Assembly (NCBI GenBank): GCA_963803145.1
Contig: CAWDLW010000015.1
Span: forward strand, 1-64,000
From: Methanotrichaceae archaeon
GTDB lineage: Archaea > Halobacteriota > Methanosarcinia > Methanotrichales > Methanotrichaceae
Direction: 5' to 3'
DNA: 64,000 nt
This document shows, in pieces, positions 60,584 through 64,000 of the stretch. How positions within the stretch are numbered: position 1 is the first letter of the stretch; each line of letters begins with the position of its first letter. The notes beneath the pieces are model-generated. The model made no database searches, was not told where the DNA came from, and saw nothing but the letters and a program-made list of their open reading frames with translations. Made by a program: the position numbers and the translations under genes.

Positions 60584-63478
60584 TTAGGAGGAGTTAATAC
60601 TACATAGCAGCGTAACAAGATCGTCAACTTTCACAGGCTTTGCAATATAACCATCCATGCCGGCTTCTAAAAACTTCTCTTTATCGCCTTCCATAGCAAA
60701 TGCGGTTATAGCTACAACCTTCGGTCCATTTTCGGGCCAGAGCTTGCGTATCTCCTTGGTGGCGGTAAGCCCATCCATCTGTGGCATTCTGATATCCATG
60801 AGGATCAAGTCGTAAGGCCGGATTTGAAGAGCTTGGAGTACTTCGATGCCGTCTGCTACAGCATCCGCCCTATAGCCCAGGCCTTTAAGCATTTCAACAA
60901 GCACCTTTTGATTTGAAGGGATATCATCGGCAACGAGGATTGACAGAGGCTTCTGGCCTGAAAGGCTCTCATAAGCAGCTGCTCTATTCTTTTCCTTTAA
61001 ATTCAGTTGCTTGCCCGGGATAATCTCTGCAGGAATAGTAAATTTGAAAGTCGAGCCAATGCCCTCCTCACTTTTGGCCCAGATCTCACCGCCCAAGAGC
61101 TCGACATGCTTCTTACAGATGGCGAGGCCCAGTCCAGCGCCATCACGCTTGCGGCTTATTACGTATTCAAGCTGTGTAAATGGCTGAAAGAGCCTCTCCA
61201 TCTTATCCTGGGGCATGCCAATACCTGCGTCCTTGACTGCAAATGTTATCTGCCGCTTGTTGCCTTCGATAACTTTCGAAGAGACTGATATCGATATATC
61301 ACCGTTATCTGTAAACTTAACTGCATTGGATAGCAAATTGACTAAAATCTGTCTAAGCCTGTCGTGATCACTAATTATGGTATCTGGTGTGCCGTAGCTA
61401 ATGGAGAAGACCATGCTCAGACCCTTCTGCTCAGCCTGAAGTGCTACCAAATCCATGGCTTCCCCGACGCAGTGCTTGAGGCTGAAAGGCTGGCACTCTA
61501 TTGATATCTTCTCTTTCTCAGCTTTGGATAATTCTAATATATCGCTGATAATAGATAGGAGAGCTTGGCCGCCGTTCCTGATGCTATTGATGTATTCCTT
61601 CTGAGTTTGTGTGAGGTTATCATCTAAGAGTAGGCTTGAGAAACCAATAACCGCATTCAGAGGTGTTCTAAGTTCATGGCTCATATTTGCGAGGAATGCG
61701 GCCTTGGCCTCTGCTGCAGCTTCGGCTGCCTTTCTGGCCTTTTGATGCTCTGCGATCTCAACCTGGAGTTTTTTATTCGCTTTAAATAAATCCTCGGTTC
61801 TTTCGTTGACCTTCTGCTCAAGTTCGTCTTTGGATTTTCTTAACTCCTCTTCCATACGCTTGCGCTCGGCAATTTCCGACTGGAGTTGGGCATTGGCGGC
61901 TTCAAGCTTGAAGGTCCTCTCTATAACCAAATCTTCGAGGTGACTGCGATATTTATCTAGCTCAACCTCAGCCCGTCTGCGCTCAGTCATATCGCGGGCT
62001 GCAGCGAAGACGCCTACGACCTGGCCCATATAGTTCTTGTAGACTGACGCATTGTATAGAACCGGTGTTTTATGGCCGTCACAGTGCTGTATCTCCAGAG
62101 GATAATCTCGAACATAGCCCTCTTTAAAGACTTTCTCATAGCCAGCGCGGGCACTCTCTGGATCAGTGAAATAGTCTGAGAAATCTGTGCCGACGAGTTC
62201 TTCAAAGCGATAACCCGTCGCGCTTTCTGTAGCAGCGTTAACATCGGTGATCTTTCCATCAGGGCCAATGGTCACTAAGGGATCTAGACTGGCTTCAATT
62301 AAGCTCCTGTTATAAGCCCACGCTGCACGAAGCGCTCCTTCTGCATTTTTGCGCTCGGTAATATCGATGCCCATCTCCATGATAAAGAAAGTGCCATCCG
62401 AGTCGGTAAATGGAAAGTCGAAAATATCATAATTGCAGCCATCAGGGCCTATCCACTCCCAATGATGGGGCTCGTTTGTCTTCAGCACTGTATAAGTCTC
62501 GCAGATTTCGCAGGGCTCGTTTCTTCCGAATAAATACTCAAAGCATCTGCGACCCCGGGACTCGCCGAACCTTTCGCGGAAGACACGGTTAGCAAAGGGC
62601 ACATGATAATCGGGTGTCAATAGTATCACGTAAGCTGGAAGCGTCTCCAGGACAGCGCCAAGCCGTTGGTGTTCTGCCTTAGTGGCCTCCTCAGCTCCCT
62701 TCCGTTCAGCTATCTCTATTTGTAGCCGGACGTTAGCCTGCTCAAGCTCCTCAGTCCTTTCCTTGACGTGTATTTCCAGATTGTCCTTTGCTTCCATCAG
62801 TGCCTCTTCCGCAGCCTTGCGATCAGTAATATCGATGATAGCGATCCTGATTTGTTTTATATTCAGCAGGTGGTTTTCAGTTGCTATACCCTCTATGCGG
62901 GCATAGACTGTAGGCATTTTACCTCTGAGAAGGGTCAGCTCGCAGGTCTGCTTTGTAGGGTTTTCAAATGCCAATTTGCAGAAATCATCAAATAGCGGAC
63001 GATCTTCTGGTGCAACAAAATGCATAAAGCGCTTGCTCATCAAACTTCCACGTTCCATACCAAAGAGCGTAGCTCCTGCAAGGTTGGCCTCCAGTGTCTG
63101 TCCCTGGGTATTTAAAGTGAACAATCCAATAGGAGAAAAGTCATATAGATCAGAGCACTTTGCCAGCGCCCCCTCCGTTTCAAGTTTGGCGCGCTTCAGC
63201 TCCTCATTCTGCATCTCAAGCTCAATCTGGTGGACCTGCAACTCGTGCACCAGAGCCAGGGAATCTGTGCTCTCCCCCACAGACTTAACATATTCCTCGT
63301 TTTGCTGCTTGAGCACCTTCTCAGCAATCTGTAGATCCTCAAGGCTGGTTTGAAGACTCTTCAGGGCACTCGATAGGATTTCGTGAGCATTAGCTGGATT
63401 GCTCACGTATTTTGCCTGGAGTCCTTCTATACTCCGTGAGAGCTTGGAGATCCTCTGGGAAATGATATCAGCGGTCAT
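60584..63478 (-). CDS. multi-PAS hybrid sensor histidine kinase
   Basis: HELQVHQIELEMQNEEL, PAS domains, MSHELRTPLN H-box and receiver. Confidence 0.95.
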   Translation of the reverse strand: MTADIISQRISKLSRSIEGLQAKYVSNPANAHEILSSALKSLQTSLEDLQIAEKVLKQQNEEYVKSVGESTDSLALVHELQVHQIELEMQNEELKRAKLETEGALAKCSDLYDFSPIGLFTLNTQGQTLEANLAGATLFGMERGSLMSKRFMHFVAPEDRPLFDDFCKLAFENPTKQTCELTLLRGKMPTVYARIEGIATENHLLNIKQIRIAIIDITDRKAAEEALMEAKDNLEIHVKERTEELEQANVRLQIEIAERKGAEEATKAEHQRLGAVLETLPAYVILLTPDYHVPFANRVFRERFGESRGRRCFEYLFGRNEPCEICETYTVLKTNEPHHWEWIGPDGCNYDIFDFPFTDSDGTFFIMEMGIDITERKNAEGALRAAWAYNRSLIEASLDPLVTIGPDGKITDVNAATESATGYRFEELVGTDFSDYFTDPESARAGYEKVFKEGYVRDYPLEIQHCDGHKTPVLYNASVYKNYMGQVVGVFAAARDMTERRRAEVELDKYRSHLEDLVIERTFKLEAANAQLQSEIAERKRMEEELRKSKDELEQKVNERTEDLFKANKKLQVEIAEHQKARKAAEAAAEAKAAFLANMSHELRTPLNAVIGFSSLLLDDNLTQTQKEYINSIRNGGQALLSIISDILELSKAEKEKISIECQPFSLKHCVGEAMDLVALQAEQKGLSMVFSISYGTPDTIISDHDRLRQILVNLLSNAVKFTDNGDISISVSSKVIEGNKRQITFAVKDAGIGMPQDKMERLFQPFTQLEYVISRKRDGAGLGLAICKKHVELLGGEIWAKSEEGIGSTFKFTIPAEIIPGKQLNLKEKNRAAAYESLSGQKPLSILVADDIPSNQKVLVEMLKGLGYRADAVADGIEVLQALQIRPYDLILMDIRMPQMDGLTATKEIRKLWPENGPKVVAITAFAMEGDKEKFLEAGMDGYIAKPVKVDDLVTLLCSINSS

Positions 63479-63646
63479 TTCTACATCGGCCCTAAATGCG
63501 ACTGATAGTATGTTTTATTATCTATATGTTACCCTTCAGCTATTGTTATTTGGCCAGTATTAGATTAAGGAGAAACTCAAGAGGTTTAACATTTATCATC
63601 CGTGGAACTCTGTTTTGCTGCGGCCTGATCCCTCTCCTCCTTCAGC

Positions 63647-63923
63647 GCCTTTGAAGCCTCCTTTTCCGTTATGAAACTTTCTGATGATGACGTTTAATAT
63701 TTCGAGAAAATAATATTTAATACTCTTCGCTATACATAGCTCCATTGATATTACACTTCTCGATTTGTGCTATGTTTCTTAATTTGTACTATATTTCTCA
63801 ATTTGTGCTATACTTCTCAACATGTGTCATAAAAGACATATATGCGGCAAACATATTATGGCTTGGCGGGATTGGGCAATAGCTGAAGATCTCTGTGGTT
63901 TCCACCACTCTAAATATTGTTCT
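63647..63923 (+). repeat. ~277-bp duplicated non-coding segment, copy 2
   Basis: Colinear with 59357-59633. Confidence 0.85.
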
Positions 63924-64000
63924 CTCCTAAATTGTAGAAGGGAAAAATGACCGATCCGTTCATAGTGATATAAAACAGAACACAACACGCAGCATATAAT

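Overview
Archaeal chromosomal window, most likely from a Methanothrix/Methanotrichales-like methanogen (inferred from gene content). The right part is core genome: tRNA-Ser(GGA) with a 15-nt BHB intron, the large L3-to-SecY ribosomal protein operon with cmk and cbf5, an HdrA-MvhD/polyferredoxin/HdrCB cluster, glycogen phosphorylase, and several hybrid histidine kinases and stand-alone receivers. The left ~26 kb is an accessory region. Its main feature is a family of about 11 same-orientation, structured non-coding repeats (5.1-21.2 kb) with compensatory base changes. They separate one cargo block from the next: type II toxin-antitoxin pairs (MNT-HEPN, PIN), three copies of an unknown ~193-aa gene (two with a divergent AbrB-like gene) and a large NACHT/STAND gene. 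No integrase is present in the window. An IS110 element has inserted into one repeat, and its left non-coding end has a bridge-RNA-like fold with segments matching both the repeat (target) and its own end junction (donor). IS1, two IS630 and a TnpB-only IS605 element are also present.
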